From: a virus
Taxonomy: Duplodnaviria; Caudoviricetes
Virus record (IMG/VR): IMGVR_UViG_3300030393_000004
Span: 1-50,097 of that record
Length of the DNA: 50,097 bases
Direction: 5' to 3' (one strand)
Under the pieces are notes generated by a model, which was not told the DNA's origin, searched no databases, and worked only from the letters and a program-made list of their open reading frames with translations. Below, one piece after another: positions 27,636-36,765 of this stretch (position 1 is its first letter; each line of letters opens with the position of its first letter). The translations under genes and the position numbers were made by a program.

Positions 27636-27788
27636 TTAGTTGCTTACTGTGAATTCTCCATCACTATCTACGTTGACATCAATATATTCGGTATCACTTG
27701 GCATGTGTATATCTATCCAGCACACCTCAGACTCATCGTTCACACCATTTGCTTCTACATGCTTTTTAAATTGCGCCCAAGTTACCAT
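27636..27788 (-). CDS. Small acidic hypothetical protein
   Basis: ATG 27788 coupled to upstream stop. Confidence 0.7.
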   Translation of the reverse strand: MVTWAQFKKHVEANGVNDESEVCWIDIHMPSDTEYIDVNVDSDGEFTVSN

Positions 27789-28426
27789 CACTTCACCCCC
27801 TTGCGGTAGTTGGTTTTGTCTACGATCTTGATGTATATATCTTTTAGTGGGCCAAAGTTGCAAAAACTATCAAACGTAGTTTTTTTATCAAGTGCATGAC
27901 AATACAAATCATAAGCCGCCTCAAGTCGCTCACGGTCTTCGCGTTGTTGTGGGGTTTCGGGTTTGCGGAATACTCGGTTGCGCTGCTCCATAGTGTCGAT
28001 AACAACTTCCATTCCTTTGTAAGTTTCTTTTGACAGCATTTCACCAACAACCACATACTTGCTAGAGTATTTACATAGCAACTCAACATCATGGTTAGGG
28101 TCTACTGTGTAGATGGCCCCAACAGGCGGCAAGCCTTCGCCGTTCCATTCAATCTCACCACTAAGCGCGCTCATTGCTTCTTGGTGTTCACTTTGCGTTT
28201 CAACTTTGTCGATGTTCATTTGGTTTTCCAAATCAGATAGCAAAAATACACTTGGCTGAAAAATATCTCTAAATACATTAATGAACACTTCATCAAGTGA
28301 TGAGATTACCGTTTCGTTTTTGTAGTATTGAGTTTTACCTTCAATGCACGAGAAGTGAGTCGCCTCTTTTGGTGCGCCTTCGATAATTTCTTTGGCTTTA
28401 TTGTTGCTAATATCTGTTAATTTCAT
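27788..28426 (-). CDS. Hypothetical phage protein
   Basis: 212 aa; GAP..ATH and EWNGEGLPPVG motifs; AAACAGGAC RBS. Confidence 0.8.
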   Translation of the reverse strand: MKLTDISNNKAKEIIEGAPKEATHFSCIEGKTQYYKNETVISSLDEVFINVFRDIFQPSVFLLSDLENQMNIDKVETQSEHQEAMSALSGEIEWNGEGLPPVGAIYTVDPNHDVELLCKYSSKYVVVGEMLSKETYKGMEVVIDTMEQRNRVFRKPETPQQREDRERLEAAYDLYCHALDKKTTFDSFCNFGPLKDIYIKIVDKTNYRKGVK

Positions 28427-28457
28427 CTTTCATTGTCCTGTTTATTAACCTACAAAC

Positions 28458-28490
28458 ACAATAACCGACCTAATGATTAAAATCAAGTCA
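28458..28490 (-). promoter_or_regulatory. Island promoter
   Basis: TTGATT-N17-TATTGT; shares the 14-mer TGACTTGATTTTAA with 37467-37480. Confidence 0.6.
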
Positions 28491-28508
28491 GTTATTGCAT
28501 TATTTTTA

Positions 28509-29165
28509 TTAAGGTTGCGAACCACTATTACCAGTAATTGGTCTAGATTCAGCATCCTGATAACTACCAGCCGCGTGGACGTGGTCTTTCTGCTCTTTAC
28601 CTGCAACAGTAAGTGACGATGAGCCATTAAGCACTGGAGCGCCAACACTCACAGGTGAGGTTGCCGAGCCGTCAGGGTTAATGATAAAGCCATTCAGGTT
28701 AAACGCTTGCCCCGTCTGCGTCATTGCCCCACTAGAATCAACCGTCTTGGTGTAAGCGCCGTTTGTCTCACTCCAGCTACCATCAGCGTTAACCGATTTC
28801 GAATAAGCACCATTAGTCTCAACCCATGAGCCGTCTGGATTGATAGTCTTGCTGTAACTGTCATTGGCAATAATGATAGTGCCGTCTTTCTTCAGATAAA
28901 CGTGGTTAACTGGATTGCCGTTAGCGTCACGTGCGTATGTACGCTTTTCCCCTGGCTCTGCAATCTTGTTGTCGTAATCAAACGCACCCAGGTAAACATC
29001 CACACCATTCTGACTAGTGCGATCGCTCCATCCATCATCTTGTGGTAGCGGTCGAGAATCATCACCTAATGGTTGCAAGTGCTCCATTTCGTTAATGTCG
29101 GTTGCATCAATGACGGCTTTTATTCTGCTGCCAATATTACTAAGCGCTCTGGTTATTCTTCCCAC
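28509..29165 (-). CDS. Baseplate spike (Mu gp45/P2 gpV-like)
   Basis: G.DSRP, PGE...Y, beta repeats, C-terminal HVH; GTG start with AAGGAGG RBS. Confidence 0.85.
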   Translation of the reverse strand: MGRITRALSNIGSRIKAVIDATDINEMEHLQPLGDDSRPLPQDDGWSDRTSQNGVDVYLGAFDYDNKIAEPGEKRTYARDANGNPVNHVYLKKDGTIIIANDSYSKTINPDGSWVETNGAYSKSVNADGSWSETNGAYTKTVDSSGAMTQTGQAFNLNGFIINPDGSATSPVSVGAPVLNGSSSLTVAGKEQKDHVHAAGSYQDAESRPITGNSGSQP

Positions 29166-29292
29166 TTGCAGCCTCCTTTTGCTTGGCTCGTTGATTTCGC
29201 TTGCGGCATTTATCAGAGCCGCATGTTTGCGCGTTCGACTGCATTCGCATTGGTGGTGCGTCGCAGTATGGGCATTTAAAGATTTTAGGCAT
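29140..29292 (-). CDS. 50-aa C4 Zn-finger basic protein (not in ORF track)
   Basis: MPKIFKCPYCD...TCGSDKCRKRNQRAK; TAATG coupling. Confidence 0.65.
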   Translation of the reverse strand: MPKIFKCPYCDAPPMRMQSNAQTCGSDKCRKRNQRAKQKEAASGKNNQSA

Positions 29293-29471
29293 TAGTCTTC
29301 CCACTCTATATTTAAGATTTCTCCGCTATCGACGCATTGTAGTGTTGCTTTGCATATATCAATAACTGGTCCGCAACCCATATCGCTAAATGCAGTAATT
29401 GTGAAATCAATAACTATGAACCTGTCACCTCGAATGGAAATTTCTTTTCCTATATCTGATTTTTTGATCAT
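29292..29471 (-). CDS. 59-aa hypothetical protein (not in ORF track)
   Basis: MIKKSDIGKEISIRGDRF...NIEWED; begins 3 nt after upstream stop. Confidence 0.6.
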   Translation of the reverse strand: MIKKSDIGKEISIRGDRFIVIDFTITAFSDMGCGPVIDICKATLQCVDSGEILNIEWED

Positions 29472-29474
29472 AAT

Positions 29475-30800
29475 CTACTCACACAGCCCGTACTTAGAGC
29501 TACAGACATCTTGAGTCAATGCCTCAGTAACAAGGTCGTAAACCTTTCCACCGCGCCCTGTCTTAGACCATTCAACAGCATCGTAAACGCTTCCTCCAAT
29601 AATATTTCCTCTAGGGCCAAGCATTGATGTGCCTTGGTAAGCTTCAACGTCAAGGGTTTGTATTCTGTTTAGCTTCTTCTCATACCCAAATCTAAACTTA
29701 CTAGACCCTGATATTATTGGATAAGATTCTGGAGCTTGTGTTGTTTCGTTTACTCCAGTGTAAATTCCAATCTGGTTTTTCATGCTTTTAAACTGGCGTC
29801 GATTCACATGCCCAACAACCATCCAGTGGATCCAGCGGGACATCAGTGCAACTTGCTTCTCCCATCGATGAACTCGTTCGATCTCATCAGGGAACCTCGC
29901 AGCCGTCTCGGCAAGCTCCTCCTTATTTACAAGTATGCAAGGCATGCACCCAACCCTCCCCATACCTTGACTGTATAGCGGATTAGGCTTAACACCAAAG
30001 TGCTTATAAATTGCAAAAACCTCTTGGGCGCTCCATTTATGGATTGGAAGGAAGTTAAACAAGTCTCCAGTATCAGACATGTTATCAATGGAAAACCTAT
30101 CGTAAGCAGCTCGCTTTTCAGATTCATCACCCCGAACCCCAGACCAGACAACAACCTCACCGTTATCAAGGGCCGGGTCGTAAACCTCATTAAATGCTAG
30201 ATTTATCTTTAATTCTTCAGTGCAAAATCTATTTCGCCCTAATGGAAATCCACCATGTAAAATGCACATATCAAGAAATGGGTTGCCAGATTTTTTGAAC
30301 ACAGATTTCATTGCATCAAACGCACAGTCAAAACTTCCGTGGTACAAGTGAGCAGAACGCTCTCGCCACAACTCCGCAAATTTGGTGTCAGTCCTTTTTA
30401 GTGATGGCATCACTGTTCCTCGGTACGATCCAGCTCTTACCATTTGCTTCTTGGACCAATCTTTCTCAAGTCGTTTAAATCTTTTGTCGAACGTCTCTTG
30501 AGAATACTCAGCCCTAAGTATTTTTACTGGATCTCCTCCGCGCTGCTCGTGGAGAGTCTTTAGGTGGTTAATCGTGTACGGGTGCTCATTTCCAGTGTCG
30601 CAAGCGACTGACTTGTAGTTTCCTTCAAGTATCTCCATGGCTAATAGATCGGTAGCTCCAGAGTCTTTGCCGCCACTGTTTGCGACAAAAACCTGATGAT
30701 CTTTCTCAATGCCATGGACTTCTATCTTTTCTTGGTATGTTCTTTTTACTTCGGATATCAGCTGCCCGATATCGCTTATGTTTAGATAACTCATATTCAT
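29475..30800 (-). CDS. PAPS-reductase-family PP-loop protein
   Basis: SGGKDS, DTGNEHP, RFCTEELK, GVRGDES..R, PI..W, NPLY..G..RVGCMPC, C-terminal CSSKYGLCE. Confidence 0.88.
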   Translation of the reverse strand: MNMSYLNISDIGQLISEVKRTYQEKIEVHGIEKDHQVFVANSGGKDSGATDLLAMEILEGNYKSVACDTGNEHPYTINHLKTLHEQRGGDPVKILRAEYSQETFDKRFKRLEKDWSKKQMVRAGSYRGTVMPSLKRTDTKFAELWRERSAHLYHGSFDCAFDAMKSVFKKSGNPFLDMCILHGGFPLGRNRFCTEELKINLAFNEVYDPALDNGEVVVWSGVRGDESEKRAAYDRFSIDNMSDTGDLFNFLPIHKWSAQEVFAIYKHFGVKPNPLYSQGMGRVGCMPCILVNKEELAETAARFPDEIERVHRWEKQVALMSRWIHWMVVGHVNRRQFKSMKNQIGIYTGVNETTQAPESYPIISGSSKFRFGYEKKLNRIQTLDVEAYQGTSMLGPRGNIIGGSVYDAVEWSKTGRGGKVYDLVTEALTQDVCSSKYGLCE

Positions 30801-30823
30801 CGCCTGTTCGTTAATGTCTACAC

Positions 30824-30852
30824 AGTGTCACTCAATAACTGGACGCTGTCAA
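30824..30852 (-). promoter_or_regulatory. Possible promoter for PAPS-like island
   Basis: TTGACA-N17-GACACT right after the upstream stop; -10 is weak. Confidence 0.4.
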
Positions 30853-30854
30853 CA

Positions 30855-32066
30855 TTATTCTTCCCACGGTAACATCTCCACTTCTTTCCCGCTGTAAGCC
30901 TCTGGCAATGTCAATTCCAACTCGCACACTCTAGAGCTTGGTGTAAGTGACATTGTCACGCCTCGCACAAACATCTTAGTGTCACGGTAAATCATCGCGT
31001 TAGGCGCTTCAATATTCACAAAGGTATTCACAGCGTAAAGCGCATTGTTTGGATCGCGTAATGTAGCCAGTTGGCACGTATAACTGATTGAGTTGGCTAA
31101 ACCGCGAGCTCTTCGGCTCTCTGCCACTGTCTTTTCGTCACCGTTAAACGAATCGGTCGCCATGTAGTTATCCACGCGTAGCGCGTTCGTAAGCTTACGA
31201 TTCTTAGCCGTGTAACTGGTTGGATTCTGTCTAATGATAACTGGCAAAATCGCCGTGTAATCGCTGTAGTAGCTTTGCTCACTGAAAGATGGAGTAACAG
31301 ACAGCAAAGGCGGTTGATTGTCTTTCAGGTACGCCACGCTTTCAGATTCGGTGGCTCTCGTGAGTAACAAGTTACCCTCAAGGTTGTTGGTCAACACGAT
31401 GTCACGCTGCTTGGCTAGCTCAGTGAGGTATGGGGCGATCCGCTTCTCTGGCTTAATGGTTGCTACGCTAAACGATGCGCCCATATCAGCATTGACCACC
31501 ACATCAAATGGGAAAGTCTCAGTTACTGACTTGGCGATTTTATCAAGCTTAAACCCGCGAACCTCAACCGGATAAGCCGAAATAGGAACGCAAGTATCAT
31601 TGATCACCGCGCATCGAGAATAAGCCGATAGCGTTACGGTTCTACTTTGCGCTGTCACGTTAGGGTTAACGCCCATTTGAGTTCCGCTAAACACCAACTC
31701 TTCACCAATAAACACCTCAATGTCTTGGTAGCTAAAAGGCTTAAACAATTGTCTAAACTGCGTATTCTCTGGCTCAAATGGCGCGATAATGTCGCACGTA
31801 TCAAACGAGTCAAAACGCTGGCTCACTAATATTTCAAGAAAGTTTTTAAACTCAAGCCCACCAATCAAAAGTGTCACTTCATCAAGTGTCGGGTTGATCT
31901 TACTTTTAGCTGGTGTCTTTGGGATAAATAACTGCGTGCCTTCGTCAAGCGTTGCACCCGCTGACGGGTTAGCCTTTCGTATGGTTGGCGTGTTTTCTTC
32001 TGTGCCATATTCCTTGCGGCTTATGTCTTCGAATGTTTCGCCGGATTTTGCGGTGTAGGTTGTCAT
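30855..32066 (-). CDS. Baseplate hub (Mu gpP-like) with N-terminal LysM/tail-X domain
   Basis: Y....GET...IS...YG.....IRKANP...G..L.IP; gpP-like body; synteny. Confidence 0.8.
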   Translation of the reverse strand: MTTYTAKSGETFEDISRKEYGTEENTPTIRKANPSAGATLDEGTQLFIPKTPAKSKINPTLDEVTLLIGGLEFKNFLEILVSQRFDSFDTCDIIAPFEPENTQFRQLFKPFSYQDIEVFIGEELVFSGTQMGVNPNVTAQSRTVTLSAYSRCAVINDTCVPISAYPVEVRGFKLDKIAKSVTETFPFDVVVNADMGASFSVATIKPEKRIAPYLTELAKQRDIVLTNNLEGNLLLTRATESESVAYLKDNQPPLLSVTPSFSEQSYYSDYTAILPVIIRQNPTSYTAKNRKLTNALRVDNYMATDSFNGDEKTVAESRRARGLANSISYTCQLATLRDPNNALYAVNTFVNIEAPNAMIYRDTKMFVRGVTMSLTPSSRVCELELTLPEAYSGKEVEMLPWEE

Positions 32067-32067
32067 A

Positions 32068-33318
32068 TTAGCTCACCAAGAAGCGCATTAGCTTCCCTTT
32101 TTCTAGCGTGAAAATATCACTATTATCCAACCCATTCAGCAAGATAACCTTCTCAACCGTATCGCTATCACTGGTGCCAAAATACTGGTAGGCAAAATCG
32201 AGAACTAACATATCTCGATCAATAACGACGTTACGTATGCGCTGCAAAGTAGCAGCATTATTGACAACATCAGCGACAGTTGTTGTGATTTGTTCAAGTA
32301 GCGCTTCATATCCTTCCCCCTCATCCTCAATACCTACTGACGTGTAATTACGTTCTTTCCATTCCACATAATTGAAAAAAGAGTTTTGCACCGACTCAGC
32401 CGCGCTTAGTGCCTCTTCACGCGTTTCAAAGTCCGTTGCTGTGATGCTATCAGCAATGGCGGATACGTTAGACGCAGCAAACAGGTCTTGAGTCTGCACG
32501 GAGTTTTGACCAACGTTGTTGTATGTCGGCGTTGTGGTCGTGTTATCTGGTGAAATAATGCTATCAAGCAGATCGCCATAAGCATCAAGCTTGTCACCGA
32601 TTAAAGCGGCTGTATTGGTTGCCGTCTTAACTAGCTGCGTACATTGAAAAGCCAGTGTTAGCGGCGTACCAATCAGCGTATCAATGCCGTTAGTGATTGA
32701 GTTGGACACGTCATTGAGAAAACGCTCTGCATCGGCCACACCCTCAACTAGCGGTGTTAATGCCTCTTTATACTCACCAACAAAATCATTAATCTCACCA
32801 ATCAGCGATTGCTCTTCTGCGACTGAGTCCAGATTGATCCCACCTGCAAACTCACCCGCTTTGGTTTCGTCAAAGTTTTCACTAGCCGCTTCACTCGCTT
32901 CTTTGCGGTTCGTCTGTGCGCTTGGATACAGGTCGGTAATGGTTTCAATGAAGGTGATGGTGAATGCTGACTGGTTGGCACCAGATTTTAGTCTGTCGAC
33001 TTGCTCAATGCTGTCGGTCGCATTAACCGTTAATAACCCATAAAGCGGGTGCTGAAGCTGACCTGCGCCTTGCTCAGATAAACCCTCAAAGAAGTCATTT
33101 GCTTGAATGTCGTGGTCTTCACCTGAGAAATACACAACCATTGGATAAGCTTTTGCACCAACAAAGTTATCCTGTACGTAAACATCGTCACTTGAGACAA
33201 ACTCAAATACCGTTGTTTTCTTTTTTAGTGTGCGCTTAACATCCTCGTAAGCCAGCGTAAATTCTGCGCCGCTTGGTGAGGTGTAGGTGCATGTTTGTAG
33301 GCGGTCTTGCCATGCCAT
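32068..33318 (-). CDS. Mu gpN-like DNA circularisation/tail protein
   Basis: MAWQDRL, YVQD, GAGQLQHP.YG, ITFIE; synteny. Confidence 0.85.
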   Translation of the reverse strand: MAWQDRLQTCTYTSPSGAEFTLAYEDVKRTLKKKTTVFEFVSSDDVYVQDNFVGAKAYPMVVYFSGEDHDIQANDFFEGLSEQGAGQLQHPLYGLLTVNATDSIEQVDRLKSGANQSAFTITFIETITDLYPSAQTNRKEASEAASENFDETKAGEFAGGINLDSVAEEQSLIGEINDFVGEYKEALTPLVEGVADAERFLNDVSNSITNGIDTLIGTPLTLAFQCTQLVKTATNTAALIGDKLDAYGDLLDSIISPDNTTTTPTYNNVGQNSVQTQDLFAASNVSAIADSITATDFETREEALSAAESVQNSFFNYVEWKERNYTSVGIEDEGEGYEALLEQITTTVADVVNNAATLQRIRNVVIDRDMLVLDFAYQYFGTSDSDTVEKVILLNGLDNSDIFTLEKGKLMRFLVS

Positions 33319-33511
33319 CGGTTAGCCCTCATCACTATGTGTGTCACTAGGGATTTTACCCGCGTAAACAGTGATGTCGTCTGGGATGTCATCAAAGTTT
33401 AATTTCTTTTTGCTGTTTTGATTGGGAAGTTGAAACTTGCCAGCGTCAAACGCTGCAATCATTGCCTTTAGTCTTTGCGTGGTTATTGAATCAGCCATCG
33501 GTTAGCCCTCA
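33314..33511. repeat. 18-bp direct repeat GCCATCGGTTAGCCCTCA (RBS plus start codon)
   Basis: Copies at 33314-33331 and 33494-33511. Confidence 0.9.
33322..33498 (-). CDS. 58-aa hypothetical protein between the repeats (not in ORF track)
   Basis: MADSITTQRLKAM...THSDEG; starts in one repeat and stops in the other. Confidence 0.75.
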   Translation of the reverse strand: MADSITTQRLKAMIAAFDAGKFQLPNQNSKKKLNFDDIPDDITVYAGKIPSDTHSDEG

Positions 33512-33566
33512 GTGTTGTTTTGGTTATTGTAGCATGAAGGGGATAGCCCTCGCGGGGAGGGCTTTT
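33499..33566 (-). promoter_or_regulatory. Hairpin followed by extended -10 and AACACTGAGGG RBS
   Basis: AGCCCTC/GAGGGCT stem 33545-33563; TGC-TACAAT 33534-33526. Confidence 0.6.
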
Positions 33567-33569
33567 GTG

Positions 33570-33845
33570 TTATCTTGCGTGCATAAACCATTCGCACTGA
33601 GTTATTTCCTTTATGTTGTTCTCTATGCAAAACAATCTAATTTCATCATCATTGTGATAAAAACGCTTTGTCATATGAAGTCTTGAGTAGTAAGGGCAGG
33701 TCAAGATGTTACTTATCGATACTCTGGTTCTTTTTGGTTTAAGTAGAAATATCGACGACTTCATTACTACGTCAAAACTAACAACCTTGCATCTGTCGTC
33801 ACAGCTAACCGTGATATTGTCAATTGATAGCACTTTTAAACCCAT
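33570..33845 (-). CDS. Hypothetical protein
   Basis: ORF; likely ATG 33845. Confidence 0.55.
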   Translation of the reverse strand: MGLKVLSIDNITVSCDDRCKVVSFDVVMKSSIFLLKPKRTRVSISNILTCPYYSRLHMTKRFYHNDDEIRLFCIENNIKEITQCEWFMHAR

Positions 33846-33847
33846 AC

Positions 33848-33931
33848 CTAAAACCACCCCTCTCTAATCGCCACATAAATCACAACACCCCAAAGCGTTG
33901 CGCTGAGTAATAATGTTTGTTTAGTTGGCAT
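33848..33931 (-). CDS. 27-aa TM peptide (not in ORF track)
   Basis: AAGGAGG RBS; MPTKQTLLLSATLWGVVIYVAIREGWF. Confidence 0.55.
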   Translation of the reverse strand: MPTKQTLLLSATLWGVVIYVAIREGWF

Positions 33932-34094
33932 TGATAGCCTCCTTTAAACCCAATGCGCGAGCGGCTGCCCCGCAGATCATTACTGCAAATACAATGTAAA
34001 CACCTGTAAGAAAGTAAGAGCTTTCAGCGATGAATGGAAGTGGCAAGAATGCTAAGAATGCCGCTAGTGCAAATTTAAATAGTTTAGTTTTCAC
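33921..34094 (-). CDS. 57-aa two-TM protein (not in ORF track)
   Basis: GGAG RBS, GTG start; two hydrophobic segments. Confidence 0.6.
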   Translation of the reverse strand: MKTKLFKFALAAFLAFLPLPFIAESSYFLTGVYIVFAVMICGAAARALGLKEAINAN

Positions 34095-34821
34095 TGTGCT
34101 TCTCCAATCTTGCGAATGTTACTGTTTCTGCGTAAGAGCGATCTTGATTATGAGTGTCAGTAGCTCCAATAAGGATAGCTCCGCGCTTATAGTTGTTGCT
34201 TTCAGCTATGACAGTTGCCTCTGCTGCATTCATACTATTAAGCGCAAGATAGGACATTATTAGAGACAATCCATAAATCTCAGAGCCTTTGCTGATCCGT
34301 ATTAAGTTTGGTGTTGCACCATCCCTGTCAGATATATGGTTAAAGATATCGCTCCATCTATCTTCGTCTTTTTTTGCGTGAGACTTACTAAAGTGCTGCT
34401 CTTCGTCATACTCGACAAATAAGCCCAAACCCTCAAGGTAAAAATCAACCCTATACCCACACACTGGAAATTGCCTAACTACATTAATGTGAGGCAAGAA
34501 CTCACAAAGCATCTTATAAAATATATCTTCGCTCCTAGTCCTCTTACTCCCAACCACTACGACATCAGAACCAAAGCTGTCCAGTATTATGGCTTTTTTC
34601 ACCCCAGATAAGGATCTGAATTCGGACAGCAGACTAAATCCGTCAAGATTCATCGTATATTGCTTGTAGACTCTACCCCTTGCGTTCTTGAACTCACCCA
34701 TCTCAAACAAATGGCTGTATTCCATATCTGATAATAATAGCCTTTTTACCTGGCGCATAATATCCTTGTGCTGGATATTGTAAATATCACTAATTTCTCT
34801 CGTGCTAATCTCAACTCTCAT
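34084..34821 (-). CDS. Rha-domain protein fused to DUF559/Vsr-like endonuclease domain
   Basis: STREI......HKDIMR...F....F.NARGR.Y..Y.MN.DGFSLL; RQFPVCGYRVDFY....VEYDE.QH. Confidence 0.8.
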   Translation of the reverse strand: MRVEISTREISDIYNIQHKDIMRQVKRLLLSDMEYSHLFEMGEFKNARGRVYKQYTMNLDGFSLLSEFRSLSGVKKAIILDSFGSDVVVVGSKRTRSEDIFYKMLCEFLPHINVVRQFPVCGYRVDFYLEGLGLFVEYDEEQHFSKSHAKKDEDRWSDIFNHISDRDGATPNLIRISKGSEIYGLSLIMSYLALNSMNAAEATVIAESNNYKRGAILIGATDTHNQDRSYAETVTFARLEKHSEN

Positions 34822-34846
34822 TTTACGACCCGTTGGTTTACCAGTG

Positions 34847-34880
34847 AATTAATATTAGCTCAATATTAATTTCCGATCAA
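34847..34880 (-). promoter_or_regulatory. Promoter with overlapping palindromic operator
   Basis: TTGATC-N17-TAATAT; AATTAATATT-N5-AATATTAATT at 34847-34871. Confidence 0.55.
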
Positions 34881-34888
34881 GAGAAAAT

Positions 34889-34912
34889 AAAAAAGAGGCC
34901 GAAGCCCCTTTA
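34889..34912 (-). terminator. Intrinsic terminator after tape measure gene
   Basis: AGGGGC-TTCG-GCCTCT plus T-run on minus strand. Confidence 0.75.
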
Positions 34913-34952
34913 TTTTAATTTTGGTTTGACTCAGCCAGTGGCTGTGTGAAAT

Positions 34953-36515
34953 TTAATTACCAGTGTTAATCAGATTAATGCGTGGTGATTGCATCGGACT
35001 TGATACCGTTGCGCCATTCTGACCAGTCACGTTAATATCAAACGTTTCTCTATTCTCGTTAATAGATCGGCTTATTCGCTCTTGTGGTGTGACCACGTTG
35101 TTTGTGTCTATGGTCATTGAGCGACTTACTTCTGTGTCGGTATCGTCACCAAAGCCAAAGAAGTCTTTAGCTGCATTAACTTTCCCCATCACTGCGCCAA
35201 CTGTTGATTGATACATATCAGCAATGCCGCCGAACAGGTTGCTAAAGTAATTGGTAACACCATCCCACTGAGATTTTACAAATTCCATTGGCGACCAATC
35301 AAACATTGATTTAACCATCTGTACGCCAATATTGAAAGTCGTGGTTATGTCGCCCCATAGCGAACTAAACCAATCGCTTATTGACCCCCAGTTGTCGTAT
35401 ATGTATTTAACTGCGAAACCTAACCCAACAATGGCAGCGGTAATACCTGCGATTACCCAAACGATCGGGTTGGCTGCCATTACTAAGTTGAATACTGTCA
35501 CTAATCCAATCACAACTTTAAGAGCTACTGATAAACCAGTAAAAGACGCTACTGCTATTCCTATCCACTTAGCATATGTGATAAACTTCTCGAAATTAGC
35601 GCCAAGGTTGAGAATAAAAGTAGAAGCCTGATCCGCATGTTCTGAAAAACTTCCAATCTTATCTGCTAGGACTTCAAAGAAATCATCAAGACCAATCTGG
35701 ATCACCTCTTTATTAGCAACTAAGAAGTCGTTAAATTTTCCAATCAGTGGTGATAAGTGCAATCCAATTAGGCCGCTTATCTCTTTTCCGATGCTTCCAA
35801 ATATTGTTTCTGTTTTGCTCAGCTCGTTAACGTATTTAGATGCACCCTCTCTTCCTTTCTCAGTAAAGAAGTTCAGCTTTCTGTATTCATCAATGACACC
35901 ACCAAGACCTTTTTCTTGCTCTCGTAAAAGACCTACGATTTTATTACCTTCCGATCCAAATAAAATATCTGCGGCCGCACTAGCCTCAGTGGCTGACTCC
36001 ATAGCTAGCAAAGTTTCAGTTATCTTTTTAAACTGGTCTTCTGGAGATAGTTTTTTGATGTCATTGAATTGAAGCCCCATGATCCCAAGGCTTTCAGTAA
36101 CCTTTGTGATCTCTTCTAGCCCAGCACTCTCCCCGAAGGCATTCCGCATCTCCTCCGCGAGATCGAGAACATTCTCAGCTCCAAGCCCTGTACCTTTTAA
36201 GGCATGAGTGATCGACTCAACTGTTTCTGCTGATAACTCTTGCGCCTTGATTAGCTTTTGGGTTTCTACGGTTTGTTTGTTGATCGCTGTTGAGCCAGCT
36301 AGCGCGGCGGTTGTGATAACGCCTAGGCCGATAACTGCTTTTTTACCTGCGTCAAACAATGAGGATGTGACTCGCTCGGTAGCTGCATCGACTTTTCTAA
36401 GTCCTGCCTCTGCCGATTCGGTCATTTTGCTTATAGACGCACTCATTTTTCTAACAGGGCGGGTCATGCGATCCACGCCCTTAAAAACGGTACTTATGGT
36501 ATATTTCGAGGCCAT
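34953..36515 (-). CDS. Tail tape measure protein
   Basis: F.GVDRMTRP, helical; hydrophobic segment, ANPI, W/F periodic repeats; follows chaperone. Confidence 0.88.
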   Translation of the reverse strand: MASKYTISTVFKGVDRMTRPVRKMSASISKMTESAEAGLRKVDAATERVTSSLFDAGKKAVIGLGVITTAALAGSTAINKQTVETQKLIKAQELSAETVESITHALKGTGLGAENVLDLAEEMRNAFGESAGLEEITKVTESLGIMGLQFNDIKKLSPEDQFKKITETLLAMESATEASAAADILFGSEGNKIVGLLREQEKGLGGVIDEYRKLNFFTEKGREGASKYVNELSKTETIFGSIGKEISGLIGLHLSPLIGKFNDFLVANKEVIQIGLDDFFEVLADKIGSFSEHADQASTFILNLGANFEKFITYAKWIGIAVASFTGLSVALKVVIGLVTVFNLVMAANPIVWVIAGITAAIVGLGFAVKYIYDNWGSISDWFSSLWGDITTTFNIGVQMVKSMFDWSPMEFVKSQWDGVTNYFSNLFGGIADMYQSTVGAVMGKVNAAKDFFGFGDDTDTEVSRSMTIDTNNVVTPQERISRSINENRETFDINVTGQNGATVSSPMQSPRINLINTGN

Positions 36516-36765
36516 TACTTATTCCTTTCTTTCTGAAATTGCATCAGTTCAGGCACAAGTAAATCGTAGTAGAAACGCAGCTCTTGAATGGTTATTTCTG
36601 TTGGCCTTGGCGCGTTTGCAAAGTCTCTAGCTACTTGTGCATACATAGTAGTGTATATGTTAGCACGAGTGTTGGGATCTATGCGTTTACCAAAGTGCAA
36701 GCGATTAGGGAGTCGCTGCAACTCCCCACCGCTTACGACTCGAACCGTTGTTAAGCCAAAAAAAG
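36515..36765 (-). CDS. C-terminal part of frameshifted tail assembly chaperone (gpGT-like)
   Basis: -1 frame open from the T7 run at 36758-36764 to stop 36515; no RBS of its own. Confidence 0.75.

Noticed and set aside
29475-30800. Complete Dnd phosphorothioation system or sulfate-assimilation operon
   Set aside because: No DndA/B/D/E or other cys genes recognisable in the window
36730-36750. GGTTCGAGTC resembling a tRNA T-loop
   Set aside because: No T-stem or acceptor stem; lies in the frameshifted chaperone coding region
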